From contig CAWGHH010000001.1 of NCBI GenBank assembly GCA_963822405.1, forward strand, positions 87,296-151,295: a stretch of DNA of 64,000 nt, read 5' to 3'. The first letter of the stretch is position 1. The number at the start of each line of letters is the position of its first letter. The translations under genes and the position numbers were made by a program. The stretch is from Candidatus Uhrbacteria bacterium. GTDB lineage: Bacteria > Patescibacteriota > Patescibacteriia > UBA9934. The notes beneath the pieces were generated by a model. The model worked only from the letters and a program-made list of their open reading frames with translations. It made no database searches and had not been told where the DNA came from. This document shows positions 40,205 through 52,839 of the stretch, piece after piece.

Positions 40205-42394
40205 TTAGGAGATTAAAGGTATCGTTATGCCTTTTGCTTTGGCGAACCAATAGGCTAGGGCACCAAGGCTAGTTGTCAGTAATCCTCCTCCTACCCACGG
40301 AACCGGTTTGGTCGGTGAATTAATCGAGGTTGGGGTCGACCCATGCGTCGACCCTGCTGGTGGTAGGGTGGCTCCCCCTCCTTTCGAAGGAGGGGGTAGG
40401 GGGGAGGTGATTGGTCCGCTTTCGGTTCCCATCGACCCATTCAGGATGGTCAACCCCGTCTGGTCGAGGATCGTCACCGTCCACGCTCCCTTCACTAGTC
40501 GAACAATTCCGGTTACGGCTACGCGGTCATCAAAGGCGAGGTTAGAGAAGTCTACGGCTGTTGTTTTAGACGAGTTCGCAACGATCAGTTCTCCATTGTC
40601 GAGGCCGATTGTTAGACTCTTACCGGTAAGGTCAACAACCGAACCGCTGAGGCTCATGAGAAGACCGTGCGTTGCATCGTCGAGTGTTTCAAGCGCATCT
40701 GGCGCAATAGAGTCATCGCCGACAATTTGGATGTTTGATCGCTTGGATATTTTTAGTCGAGTGTACCCATCTTTCGGATCAACCACGCCTGTTACTCGAA
40801 TGCGCGTCATGGGCGAAAGTTTCGGCCAATCAGCTTTATTGAAGTAGATTTCTAGTCCGTCTATGTACGCCAGTTGTTTTCCAAACATGCCGGGGAGTCC
40901 AACCAGGACTCCCTCCACGGTAACCGTAGTCTTTGCGGCATAGTTCGTAATCTCCGATGCATCGATAACTGGAATTGCGGGTTCTGATTGGTTCGCTCCT
41001 CCCTCTCCACGAAGTGGAGAGGGCCGGGGTGAGGTCAGGGGTGGCTCGATCTGCGTACTCGCAGCTACTACGCCCGTTGCCACTTGAGGTTCGCGCTCCA
41101 CCCGAATAGGGGATGCGGTTCCGGTAGAATTGTCAGTCCCTGTATTTGATCCCGAATTGGTTTCAGGATTGCTGATAACGGTCGTAGTGTCGTTTGCTGT
41201 CTCATATGTGATGTTGGGGTCGACCCATGCGTCGACCCTTGAATTAGTACCAAGTGGCGTTGGATTAGTTTCTGCCCATGTGTCAGTGAATCTTGAGAAC
41301 GACCTTCCTTTTTTCGGCGCACTCGTTTTGTCATACGAGATTGCGTCGATCGTCGCTCCGGTTCCATCGAACAAGAAGATGCTGTCGCCATCATTATTCA
41401 GTTTGCTTTTTGGATTTTGCAGGACAAAGAATGAATGAGCTTCGAGTGTCTGTGTCGGCAACATTGTTTTACTTGTCGTTGCATCTTTTTCCGTCCAGCC
41501 TGTGAGGTCGATCGGTCCATCTGTCGTATTAAGGATTTCGATCCACTCTGTTCCGTCGACGGGATCCGACACAAACTCGTTGATGACTACGGAGTGTGCG
41601 GGGTACGAGTGGAACATGGGTGAGTCGGTGGCCGCAGGTGCGGTCGAAGGTATCGTTAGCGACGCTTTGCATTCAGGGGCGGCCGCCTCAACCGTCACGA
41701 TCCGTACCGGACAAATCAAGCACGGATCCGCAATCGGTACAGTCTTCTCAACCAGATCCACAACTAATGGCGGTTCTGGCTCGGGCGTGATCAGGAGTGG
41801 CTCGCTTCCCCCTTCCAGGGGGACAAAGGGGGTCGTGATCGGGGTGGTCAGGAATGGTTCGCTTACTCCCCCTCCTTCCGAAGGAGGCTCGCCCGTAGGG
41901 CTGGTAGTCAGGGCTACGCCCGAGGGGGGTAGGGGGGTGGTCGAAAACGCCGCCACCGGCGCCTCAAACTCAGGGGTGGTCGGGTAATGGTCAACTTCCG
42001 TCCCATCACTCGCAATCAGTGTGAGGTCCAGGGCAGAGTTCGACAGCGACACCGCAGTCGTCACCACATCAGGTTTTATGGTCAGCGTCGTTTTCGGGTC
42101 GCCGAGGTCGTAGTTGCTGATGAGGAACGTTCCGTTCGCTGGAATAGTCGAGTTTGTCGGGAGGGGGAGTGGTTTGCCCACTCCCGCCCCGCCTAGAATC
42201 GACCAGCCCGTAAGATCAATCAATGTGTCGCTTAGGTTTTTTAGTTCTAGCCATTCGTCCGCGGTGCTCGCTTCGCTGCCTGCCCAGTTGATTTGGCCAA
42301 AGGTGGCTTTGGGTGCTGCATCCGCACGGGCGGATAAAGGAGACAGAGCGGGCATGAGGGCGATGATTCCCAAGAGTCCATATGCTAGTTTCAT
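40205..42394 (-). CDS. surface protein with two lamin-tail domains, OB-fold-like region and C-terminal anchor
   Basis: INWAGS..DEWLEL.N..IDLTGW; VVINEF..EWIEILN..LNNDGD; C-terminal TM. Confidence 0.8.
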   Translation of the reverse strand: MKLAYGLLGIIALMPALSPLSARADAAPKATFGQINWAGSEASTADEWLELKNLSDTLIDLTGWSILGGAGVGKPLPLPTNSTIPANGTFLISNYDLGDPKTTLTIKPDVVTTAVSLSNSALDLTLIASDGTEVDHYPTTPEFEAPVAAFSTTPLPPSGVALTTSPTGEPPSEGGGVSEPFLTTPITTPFVPLEGGSEPLLITPEPEPPLVVDLVEKTVPIADPCLICPVRIVTVEAAAPECKASLTIPSTAPAATDSPMFHSYPAHSVVINEFVSDPVDGTEWIEILNTTDGPIDLTGWTEKDATTSKTMLPTQTLEAHSFFVLQNPKSKLNNDGDSIFLFDGTGATIDAISYDKTSAPKKGRSFSRFTDTWAETNPTPLGTNSRVDAWVDPNITYETANDTTTVISNPETNSGSNTGTDNSTGTASPIRVEREPQVATGVVAASTQIEPPLTSPRPSPLRGEGGANQSEPAIPVIDASEITNYAAKTTVTVEGVLVGLPGMFGKQLAYIDGLEIYFNKADWPKLSPMTRIRVTGVVDPKDGYTRLKISKRSNIQIVGDDSIAPDALETLDDATHGLLMSLSGSVVDLTGKSLTIGLDNGELIVANSSKTTAVDFSNLAFDDRVAVTGIVRLVKGAWTVTILDQTGLTILNGSMGTESGPITSPLPPPSKGGGATLPPAGSTHGSTPTSINSPTKPVPWVGGGLLTTSLGALAYWFAKAKGITIPLIS
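40329..40354 (+). repeat. REP-like palindrome, family A, copy 4 (coding)
   Basis: Encodes GSTHGSTPT. Confidence 0.9.
40373..40409. repeat. palindromic repeat, family B (coding)
   Basis: CCCCTCCTTTCGAAGGAGGGG plus G-rich tail; near reverse complement of 59812..59846. Confidence 0.8.
41001..41035. repeat. palindromic repeat, family B (coding)
   Basis: CCCTCTCCAC-GAA-GTGGAGAGGG-CCGGGGTGAGG; encodes TSPRPSPLRGEG. Confidence 0.8.
41213..41238 (+). repeat. REP-like palindrome, family A, copy 5 (coding, different frame)
   Basis: Encodes RVDAWVDPN. Confidence 0.9.
41795..41940. repeat. two adjacent family B repeats (coding)
   Basis: 41795..41833 is nearly identical to 44437..44475; 41865..41940 is a composite like 25288..25346. 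Confidence 0.8.
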
Positions 42395-42605
42395 AGTTAA
42401 TTATTAAGGATCAGCGAACCGGATTCATCAAACGCGCGTGTAAACAACAAACCCCAGGGCTTGCCTCTGGGGAGAGGAAGCTCTGGGGGTTTTGTTTACC
42501 CATATATTGCACCACACTATCCGATCTCTTCTGATTTTGCGGTGGGGATAACTAAAAAAATCGGCATTATACCGATGTTTTTTACAAAGTTCTATTTAGA
42601 TTCTC

Positions 42606-42690
42606 TGGTGGGCGAGGGGGGACTCGAACCCCCACGGATTGCTCCACATGCTCCTAAGGCATGCGTGTATGCCAATTTCACCACTCGCCC
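42606..42690 (-). tRNA. tRNA-Leu(TAG)
   Basis: GGGCGAG/CTCGCCC acceptor stem, CATGC-CTTAGGA-GCATG, CCA. Confidence 0.95.
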
Positions 42691-42787
42691 GTGAAAAGGA
42701 GTGTATTTGAAAAATAGTTCTTTTGCAATGTTAGAATGTATCAATCGAATTAGGTGCGAGTATAATGGTGAAAAATCAATAATTTTT

Positions 42788-43969
42788 ATGAAAAAGGTCC
42801 ACGGTTTCGTTTTTTCGCAAACTCAAAAAGTGTTTCTCGGCATTTCGGTAGTCCTGTTGTTCATTGCTGGAGCCGGATATTTATTCACTTCACAAAATGA
42901 GGCATCACTAACCGTGATTGTTCCAGCAGTAAAGAATGAAGCTTTCATTGTCGAGCTAGATTACGGTAAAAAACAGCTAACAACCACAACTTATAGCGCT
43001 GAAGCAAAAAAAATTCTTTCAACAAAACAAATTCCATTGGATGATTATCTCGCCTCATCGAGTACGAATGTGCTCGGAGCAAACGATGCAGTGCAATACA
43101 ACCCGACAACAAAAGATATTTTCTTTTTAACAAACGGTTCCGCGGACATGGGTGGGATATGCGTGAATAAAGATGGTTCATGTGTTTCTCGTCTCTATAG
43201 AATCGGAAACGACGAGAGCTTTCCAAAAGTTATCTTCGAATCAGAAAAGATTTCCCTAAATTGGGTGGTAAATAGTTTTGATGACTCTATTCTTCTTAGT
43301 CATTCTGAAGCGAGTGGCAGTTATCTCACAAAAATCAGCGCCGAAACCGGGAAGGTTATTTTTGCTAGAAATTTAGAGGTAGGGGATCATGAAGGGCTGG
43401 GGAACTTTGTTGTTTCTGCAGATGGGAAATACACCTACCAGGCAAGTACGGACAGAGGTGATGGCGCCTCTAGCGCGCATCTTCGGCTTAGAATAATAGA
43501 TAATACAAACGGAAATCTTACGAATAAAGAGATATTTACTGGTTCGGTTCTCGCCGAAACGAACATTTCTCCAGATAACCGGTATTTCGCTTTTTATGTG
43601 GAAGGAGCTTCGATTTTTACCCCCAAGCTTAATGTCTTCGATCTTAAGAACACAAAACTTGCGGAAATCCCTTATGAAGGCGAGGTAGTCAATAGGGGTT
43701 TGCGTTGGTCGGGTGACAGCTCGAAATTAATCCAAATACTGAGACAAGGACTTGTAAGTTACGACCTCACCACGAAGACAACCGCAAAGCTCCCCGTGGA
43801 TTCGACAAAGGCACCCTATGTTTTCGCTTGGGGACCATCAAAGGATCTCATCCTTTACATGTCCACGGACAAATTAATCAAAATGTTTGACGTGAATAGC
43901 GGTTCGTCGACTATTATCCCGATTGCCACTACCGACACCTCCGGCGTAAATTCTGCCACTTGGTACTAA
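42788..43969 (+). CDS. hypothetical membrane-anchored beta-propeller-like protein
   Basis: N-terminal TM; repeated SADG/SPDN/WSGD/WGP blade motifs. Confidence 0.65.
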   Translation: MKKVHGFVFSQTQKVFLGISVVLLFIAGAGYLFTSQNEASLTVIVPAVKNEAFIVELDYGKKQLTTTTYSAEAKKILSTKQIPLDDYLASSSTNVLGANDAVQYNPTTKDIFFLTNGSADMGGICVNKDGSCVSRLYRIGNDESFPKVIFESEKISLNWVVNSFDDSILLSHSEASGSYLTKISAETGKVIFARNLEVGDHEGLGNFVVSADGKYTYQASTDRGDGASSAHLRLRIIDNTNGNLTNKEIFTGSVLAETNISPDNRYFAFYVEGASIFTPKLNVFDLKNTKLAEIPYEGEVVNRGLRWSGDSSKLIQILRQGLVSYDLTTKTTAKLPVDSTKAPYVFAWGPSKDLILYMSTDKLIKMFDVNSGSSTIIPIATTDTSGVNSATWY

Positions 43970-43972
43970 GTA

Positions 43973-44006
43973 AAAAAACTGACCGTAAAAAGCGGTCAGT
44001 TTTTTT
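43973..44006. terminator. intrinsic terminator
   Basis: AAAAAACTGACCG...CGGTCAGTTTTTT. Confidence 0.8.
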
Positions 44007-44050
44007 GTTGCAATTTTCTGATATCAATCGCGCTAATTTTATAGTGTAGA

Positions 44051-45058
44051 ATGACTGATATGGTTTTTTCCCTCGCCGCACTTGTTCTCGCCCATCAATT
44101 GTCTGGTCGAATTCTTTTAGCGGTCGAAGACTCGGGAAAGGCTTGGTATGTGAATCCTGTGAATGAACAGCGTTATTCTCTCGGTTCGCCAGATGACGCT
44201 TGGTTTCTTATGCGTTCATTAGCGCTCGGCATCTCAAATGTCGATTTAGCTCAGCCCATTCCATCACGTCTTGCTGGTCGAATTCTGCTTGCAGTCGAGG
44301 ATCATGGCAAAGCTTATTACGTTAATTCTCTCACGTTGGAGTTGCATTATCTCGGTCGCCCCGCTGACGCTTTTAAAGTTATGTCCGAGCTAGGTCTTGG
44401 TATTACGGATGCTAACCTTGCAAAAGTGCCATTGGCGAGTGGCTCGCTTCCCCCTTCCAGGGGGACACAGGGGGTTCAGGGTGGTGCGTTGGTCCAGTTC
44501 ACCTCCCAAGCTCCCCTCGGCGAATGGTCAGACCCTCGCCAGCAAGAAGGTTGTGAGGAGGCATCCGCATTTATGGCGGTAAAGTGGGCGAAGGGTGAAT
44601 CATTCACTCCGGAGGAAGCGAAAAATGCGATCATCGGGATGAGTGATTGGGAGGATAAAACATTTTTGACTTATTTCGACACCTCGTCGGATGACACGGC
44701 GGATCGACTGGTGCGTCAATATTTGCAGTATGACAACTTCCAGGTACTAAAAAATATTACTACAAATGATATTAACGATCAGCTCGTGCGCGGGAATATT
44801 GTGATCGTGCCGGTAGACGGGCAGAAGCTTCAGAACCCAAATTATTCGAATGGCGGTCCGGTTCGTCACATGATTGTGGTGATCGGGTTTGATGCTCAGA
44901 CGAACGAGTTCATTACAAATGACCCAGGCACAAGAAACGGGGCAGGATATAGATACTCGACGTCGACCCTGGCCAACGCTCTTATGGATTATCCGTCAGG
45001 AAATCATTCAGCGCTCTCAGATTTACCCACGGCCATGATTGTGGTTTCAAAGAAATAA
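44051..45058 (+). CDS. C39-like peptidase with two N-terminal GRILLAVE repeats
   Basis: FTSQAP..W..QEGCEEAS, HMIVVIGFD, NDPG. Confidence 0.8.
   Translation: MTDMVFSLAALVLAHQLSGRILLAVEDSGKAWYVNPVNEQRYSLGSPDDAWFLMRSLALGISNVDLAQPIPSRLAGRILLAVEDHGKAYYVNSLTLELHYLGRPADAFKVMSELGLGITDANLAKVPLASGSLPPSRGTQGVQGGALVQFTSQAPLGEWSDPRQQEGCEEASAFMAVKWAKGESFTPEEAKNAIIGMSDWEDKTFLTYFDTSSDDTADRLVRQYLQYDNFQVLKNITTNDINDQLVRGNIVIVPVDGQKLQNPNYSNGGPVRHMIVVIGFDAQTNEFITNDPGTRNGAGYRYSTSTLANALMDYPSGNHSALSDLPTAMIVVSKK
44437..44475. repeat. palindromic repeat, family B (coding linker)
   Basis: GAGTGGCTCGCTTCCCCCTTCCAGGGGGACACAGGGGGT. Confidence 0.8.
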
Positions 45059-45093
45059 TGTAAAATAGTTTAGAAAATAAGTAATATTCTCCT

Positions 45094-46260
45094 ATGTCTG
45101 ACCAGTTCACAACAGTGACCACAAAAGGTTACGGCTCGCGCATAATGTCATCCATTCAGGGGGTATTGATTGGTTTTGTGCTATTTATTGTCTCTTTTGG
45201 TGTTTTATACTGGAATGAAGGTCGAGTTGATCTGTCGACAATTGCAAAAAAGTCCGTTGAAATTAGCGGAACAGAATTAGCCAAAGACCAGGATGGTACA
45301 TTTGTGTCAGCGAGCGGCACAGTAACGAGCGAAGAATCACTTGGTGACGGCACAATGCTTGTTCCTGGTAAGTATCTCTCTGTAACTCGAAAAGCTGAGA
45401 TGTACGCTTGGGTAGAAGACAAGAAAGAAGAAACAAAGAGCAATACTGGCGGATCGGAAACTACCACGACCACCTACACTTACAAAAAAGAGTGGACTTC
45501 TAACCCGGCAGATTCCAGTTCATTCAAGGAACAGACTGGTCACCAGAACCCAGCTTTGACCGCTCAGGCTGGAGACTATCAAGTAGGCACATTGAAGGTT
45601 GGCGTATATGCCGTTGACGGAAAGACCGTTTCTCTTCCAGGTGAATCCGATGTGTCATTGACGACTACGAACATTGTTGCCCCAGCTGGCGCAACAGTTT
45701 CTGGCAACGCCGTTTACTTGAATAACGCTAATGCATCCTCACCTATAGTAGGCGATCAGCGCATTTCTTACACCGCGCTTGATTCGGGATTTGACGGAAC
45801 AGTGTTTGGTGAGCTTCATGGCGCTAAGATTACCAAGTACTCGGACGCTAAGGGCAACGAGATCTACCGTATCTTCACCGGTAACCGCGCCGCCGCTCTC
45901 GCTACCATGCACGGCGAATTTGTGATGATGCTTTGGATCTTCCGTTTGGTTGGTTTCTTCATGATGTGGTCAGGTCTCTCGATGATTCTTGCGCCAATCG
46001 CAATTATCTTGGACTTCTTCCCAATCTTGGGCAGCCTTGGCAAGATGGCGATTAACCTTGTGACTTTGGTTGTCGCCTTGCCACTTGCAATCATCACGAT
46101 CATCGTTTCGGCGGTCTTGCACTCCATTGTTGCTCTTTTGATCGTTCTCGCTCTCGCGCTTGGTGGCATCGGTTACTTGATCTACAAAAATAAGGACAAA
46201 GTAAAAATGCCAGCTATGCCTTCCATGTCAGACGTGGCCGGTAAGATGATGGGTAAATAA
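45094..46260 (+). CDS. TMEM43/DUF1625 family membrane protein
   Basis: LYWNEG, RKAEMYAWVE, YTYKKEW, GHQNP, VGDQRISY, three C-terminal TM. Confidence 0.85.
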   Translation: MSDQFTTVTTKGYGSRIMSSIQGVLIGFVLFIVSFGVLYWNEGRVDLSTIAKKSVEISGTELAKDQDGTFVSASGTVTSEESLGDGTMLVPGKYLSVTRKAEMYAWVEDKKEETKSNTGGSETTTTTYTYKKEWTSNPADSSSFKEQTGHQNPALTAQAGDYQVGTLKVGVYAVDGKTVSLPGESDVSLTTTNIVAPAGATVSGNAVYLNNANASSPIVGDQRISYTALDSGFDGTVFGELHGAKITKYSDAKGNEIYRIFTGNRAAALATMHGEFVMMLWIFRLVGFFMMWSGLSMILAPIAIILDFFPILGSLGKMAINLVTLVVALPLAIITIIVSAVLHSIVALLIVLALALGGIGYLIYKNKDKVKMPAMPSMSDVAGKMMGK

Positions 46261-46266
46261 TTTGTC

Positions 46267-46292
46267 GTAGGGGTCGACTTCTATGTCGACCC
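46267..46292 (+). repeat. REP-like palindrome, family A, copy 6 (variant loop)
   Basis: GTAG-GGGTCGAC-TTCTAT-GTCGACCC. Confidence 0.8.
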
Positions 46293-46361
46293 TCTCAATT
46301 CATCCGGTTAAATCCGGATGTTTTGTTTTATTTACAAATTCCCTATACCCTATGGGTACGT

Positions 46362-46959
46362 ATGCGCGCAATCTTGATCCACGGTTACAAATCTTCCCCC
46401 GATTCCAATTTTTGGCCTTGGTTAAGGGACGAGTTGGTCGATAGACGGTTTGACGTTGTCATGCCCGAGCTCCCTAATCCCGCCGAGCCGGATCGCGATG
46501 CCTGGATTAAGGCTGTTCTCGACTCCGTTCTGCCCTTTGACGCACGAGGACATAATTGTCGGTCACTCCCTTGGTGGCGCGACAGCTTTGCAGTTTCTCG
46601 AAGCGGCTGAAGCGAGAACAACACCTCATGCTTGTGTGTTGATCTCGACTCCTTGGATGATCAAGGAAGAGCGTTTTCGCGGTTTCTTTTTGACCGAGCT
46701 CGACCATGACGTCCTTATGTGGCGCGCTAGTAAGTTCGTTATTATTCACGCCAAGGACGATCCAGTCATTCCTTTCGAGCATGCCAAACGCTATGCCGAA
46801 GTTTTTCACGCAAAGTTGGTAGATCCCGACACAGGTGGCCACTTCGACGGTCCACAGTATCCGGTAATTCTCGACGCTATTCTCGAAGTTTCCCGTGAGC
46901 CTATTGAATTCGCCCCTGGGGCATCTCTCCCAGACCAGTTCGCCGATATGATAAAGTAG
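46362..46959 (+). CDS. RBBP9/YdeN family alpha/beta hydrolase, frameshift near 46535
   Basis: ILIHGY..NFWPWL, GHSLG, HAKDDPVIP, GGHF. Confidence 0.85.
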
Positions 46960-46981
46960 TGCTCGACCCATGCGTCGACCT
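46956..46981 (+). repeat. REP-like palindrome, family A, copy 7 (degenerate; its GTAG supplies the stop codon)
   Basis: GTAG-TGCTCGACCCATGCGTCGACC. Confidence 0.7.
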
Positions 46982-47006
46982 TACGACGCCTACATGATTT
47001 TCTTTT

Positions 47007-47519
47007 ATGCGCGCACGATACATCGCCTTGGCCTCAGCTTCACTTCTTTTCCTTGGTGCCGGATGCTTGCCTTCACCACAAAATTTAATTCAGGGCGCTA
47101 TTGAGAATAAAATCAATAACGAACTCGGCACGGACGGCTCAGTAAAGATCAATGACGATGGCGTTTCGGTTACTGACAAGAAGGACGGCTCGACAACTAG
47201 TTTCGGCGAGAACGTTGCCCTTCCAGAGAACTTTCCAAAGGACGTCCCAATCATGGATGGCGCAAAAGTTGCCGGTGTAGCTGTCACAAAAGACCAGGGA
47301 TCTTGGATCACAATGACAACTGGCAAGTCTGTTGATGAGGTAGTGGCCTGGTATCAGGACAAGCTGACGGCCGGTGGATTCGAAATGATCTCAACATATT
47401 CCGGTGACGGCATGACCACAAAATCCTACACGAAGGGCACAATTGCTATCGACTTCGTTGTCAGCGCCGGTTCCGAAGGAGATCCAACTAGCATCATGCT
47501 GACGGAGACGACAGAGTAA
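47007..47519 (+). CDS. hypothetical lipoprotein
   Basis: LGAGC lipobox; LPENFPKDVPI motif. Confidence 0.8.
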   Translation: MRARYIALASASLLFLGAGCLPSPQNLIQGAIENKINNELGTDGSVKINDDGVSVTDKKDGSTTSFGENVALPENFPKDVPIMDGAKVAGVAVTKDQGSWITMTTGKSVDEVVAWYQDKLTAGGFEMISTYSGDGMTTKSYTKGTIAIDFVVSAGSEGDPTSIMLTETTE

Positions 47520-47562
47520 TGATTCCAACCAATAACCCGGCCAGCAATGGTCGGGTTTTTGG

Positions 47563-47591
47563 TTGACGAGAGTTCATTTTATTGCTAGCTT
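47563..47591 (+). promoter_or_regulatory. sigma70-like promoter TTGACG-N17-(TGc)TAGCTT
   Basis: 17-bp spacing and extended -10, directly after the terminator at 47534-47560. Confidence 0.55.
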
Positions 47592-47626
47592 ACCTGGCTC
47601 GAGCATCACAATAGTGTGGAGGTCTT

Positions 47627-48112
47627 ATGACTTGGCTCCGAAAGGGAAAGATCCCGCTCAACGTACTCCGCACTCTGGAGGAGCTTCATTTCCAGAACTA
47701 TCGGACCGAGAACAACGCGTGTAAGAGCGACGAGCCCGAGGAATATCGGGAAAAAGCAGAGTTTCTGGGACGCGTGGTGCTTTTCGACCGTGAAGAAGCC
47801 TACGATCAGCAGTTGGGCTTGCACGTTGTCTGGCACAAGCTCGGGCTGCCATTCGCCTTTGACTTCGGTGATTCGAATTTCACCTGTGGTCGTACGGTTA
47901 TTCCCGCCGATCTGCTCAGTCAGCTCGTCGGGCAGAAGATCGAATTCGGCATGAAAGTCGTCGACAGCGGCGTCGAGTGCTACGTGGTGGGTCTCGAATC
48001 CAAGGACCACGCGTTCCATCGGCTCATCGGAAAGTGCATCTCTCACGAGCATCTTTCGCTCGTGGACACCGTCTACGGCGTAGATGCTCGACTGATTGAC
48101 ATCAACGCCTGA
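47627..48112 (+). CDS. hypothetical protein (GC-rich orphan)
   Basis: GGAGGT SD, own promoter, downstream hairpin 48133-48160. Confidence 0.7.
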   Translation: MTWLRKGKIPLNVLRTLEELHFQNYRTENNACKSDEPEEYREKAEFLGRVVLFDREEAYDQQLGLHVVWHKLGLPFAFDFGDSNFTCGRTVIPADLLSQLVGQKIEFGMKVVDSGVECYVVGLESKDHAFHRLIGKCISHEHLSLVDTVYGVDARLIDINA

Positions 48113-48167
48113 AGCACGTGCGGAACATATCTGGGTCGGCAGCCATCTGGCAGCCGACCCATCATTT

Positions 48168-48590
48168 TTAATAATGGTATGTCACGCCCTTCACAATCGT
48201 AAACGCCCGGTATAACTGCTCAAGGAAGAATACATGGGCCAAATCATGCGTCGTTGTCATCTGAGAAAGCGAAAGGCAGAGATGTGCTCGCTTTTTCAAT
48301 TCGTCGGATAGGCCGTGGGGGCCTCCAAGGATGAATACCAGCTTGTCGCCGGCGTCTATATATGAGGAGAGCTTGCTCGCAAGGGTCTCGCTGCTCATTT
48401 CCTTGCCAAGAGCTTCAAGAACAATGATCACTGAGTCGGACGGAATGGCCTCGACCAGCTTCTCTTCGTCTTTGAAGGGACGCTCGACAAAATCACAGAA
48501 CTTTCCGAGGCGTTTTTGATACTCTGAGGCGATTTCTAAAAATGGTCCCTTGGGGATAGAACCGACCGTGAATAAAGAGACTTTGAACAT
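48168..48590 (-). CDS. rlmH: 23S rRNA (pseudouridine1915-N3)-methyltransferase
   Basis: EYQKRL, GKEMSSE, FILGGPHG, SLSQMT, EQLYRA, YH terminus. Confidence 0.9.
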   Translation of the reverse strand: MFKVSLFTVGSIPKGPFLEIASEYQKRLGKFCDFVERPFKDEEKLVEAIPSDSVIIVLEALGKEMSSETLASKLSSYIDAGDKLVFILGGPHGLSDELKKRAHLCLSLSQMTTTHDLAHVFFLEQLYRAFTIVKGVTYHY

Positions 48591-48655
48591 ATGTCCTTGA
48601 TCTTAGCCAAAAATTCGTTGTGTAACAAGTGTTGAAAAGTAGGGGAAGTCCAATC

Positions 48656-48684
48656 TTGACAGTACTTTCAGTGTTCTGTACTAT
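48656..48684 (+). promoter_or_regulatory. rRNA promoter TTGACA-N17-TACTAT
   Basis: Consensus hexamers about 110 bp upstream of the 23S. Confidence 0.8.
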
Positions 48685-48792
48685 TCCGCCGTTGATCGTT
48701 CACAATTTCATACGTCACGAAACGTATTACATAGAGAAATGTACTCACTGTACAAATACCCACAACTGTTGAAGTTGTGCGTAATCAGTGGG

Positions 48793-51821
<3,029 letters not shown>

Positions 51822-51912
51822 CCACTGATTGCGAGGTCTACAGACCTAAGCATCAGTAAGTGCAGATCTCTATACAAAATAATACGAAGTTAAACAATGA
51901 AAGATCGCAGTG

Positions 51913-52022
51913 TCTTGGTGGCACTTTCTGCAGGGTCACACCCGTTCCCATCCCGAACACGGCCGTTAAGCCTGCATGAGCCGATGGTAGTTAAGTGTAG
52001 CGAGAGTAGGTGGCCGCCAGGA
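51913..52022 (+). rRNA. rrf: 5S rRNA
   Basis: CCCGTTCCCATCCCGAACACGG, GCCGATGGTAG, GAGAGTAGG; terminal stem TCTTGGTGGC/GCCGCCAGGA. Confidence 0.95.
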
Positions 52023-52092
52023 CACTGCGATTTTTCAAACAAAGAACCCGATTCGAAAGAGTCGGTTTTTTTGTTATACTGCGTACACTATG
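52019..52092 (+). repeat. 5S 3' end/terminator/promoter/ATG unit, copy 1
   Basis: Highly similar to 53194..53265. Confidence 0.85.
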
Positions 52093-52608
52093 TATTCACG
52101 AGCACAGGTGGCGACTCGATTGTTTGGGATGATGGGAACATTTATTGCGCTCGGCGTAGCATTGTCGTTTGGCGTCCCGTATGTTCCTGCGGGTACTTTG
52201 GCGATACTCGGCGAATCGGCGTTTGGGTTGTTGATTGTTTTATTGATTCTAGGGGAACTCCATAATCCACCAAAGCCTTACCAAGACGAGCTTCTGACGA
52301 GGCGTGATGAGGTATGGATTAATAAATGTGAAGCTGTCTCCTTGTTGTTGCTCATTGTGTCCGTTCTTTTGTTCCCCGTAATGACACAGTTTGCGATTCC
52401 CTATGCGGTTAGCGTTGGGGTGTATGGGGGATGTGTACTAGTACTTTTAGGGTCGTCGAGCTTCATTATTGGTCGAATAACTCTAGGGAAACACGGATTA
52501 CGACGCCCATCATTTACCGGAAATTCCGCAAAAGTGGTTTCGATTTTTTTGTGCGTATGCGGTTCTGGCTGCATCTCATTCTTTTTGCATTTGTTGATCG
52601 GAGCATAG
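52090..52608 (+). CDS. hypothetical membrane protein (about 5 TM)
   Basis: Hydrophobic ORF starting at the end of the repeat unit. Confidence 0.7.
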   Translation: MYSRAQVATRLFGMMGTFIALGVALSFGVPYVPAGTLAILGESAFGLLIVLLILGELHNPPKPYQDELLTRRDEVWINKCEAVSLLLLIVSVLLFPVMTQFAIPYAVSVGVYGGCVLVLLGSSSFIIGRITLGKHGLRRPSFTGNSAKVVSIFLCVCGSGCISFFLHLLIGA

Positions 52609-52647
52609 ATAGATATTCCGAGTCGAAAGGCTCGGCTTTTTTGTTGG

Positions 52648-52676
52648 TTGACTTCTGGGATGCGAGTCGATATTAT
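52648..52676 (+). promoter_or_regulatory. sigma70 promoter TTGACT-N17-TATTAT
   Basis: Near-consensus; follows the hairpin at 52618-52635. Confidence 0.65.
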
Positions 52677-52686
52677 CTTGATAAGT

Positions 52687-52839
52687 ATGGCTACGAAGAA
52701 TAAGCAATACAGTTCGGTTGAAGCAAAGAAGATTGTCGATGAGTATATCGATCAATCGGCTGTTCGATTGGCTCAAAGATTGAAGAAGGGATATGCCGTG
52801 CAGAAGAAGCAAGTGGCCAAGGCGCATGCCTATGCCTAG
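52687..52839 (+). CDS. small basic protein, possible antitoxin
   Basis: 50 aa; overlaps the next gene by 8 nt. Confidence 0.5.
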   Translation: MATKNKQYSSVEAKKIVDEYIDQSAVRLAQRLKKGYAVQKKQVAKAHAYA

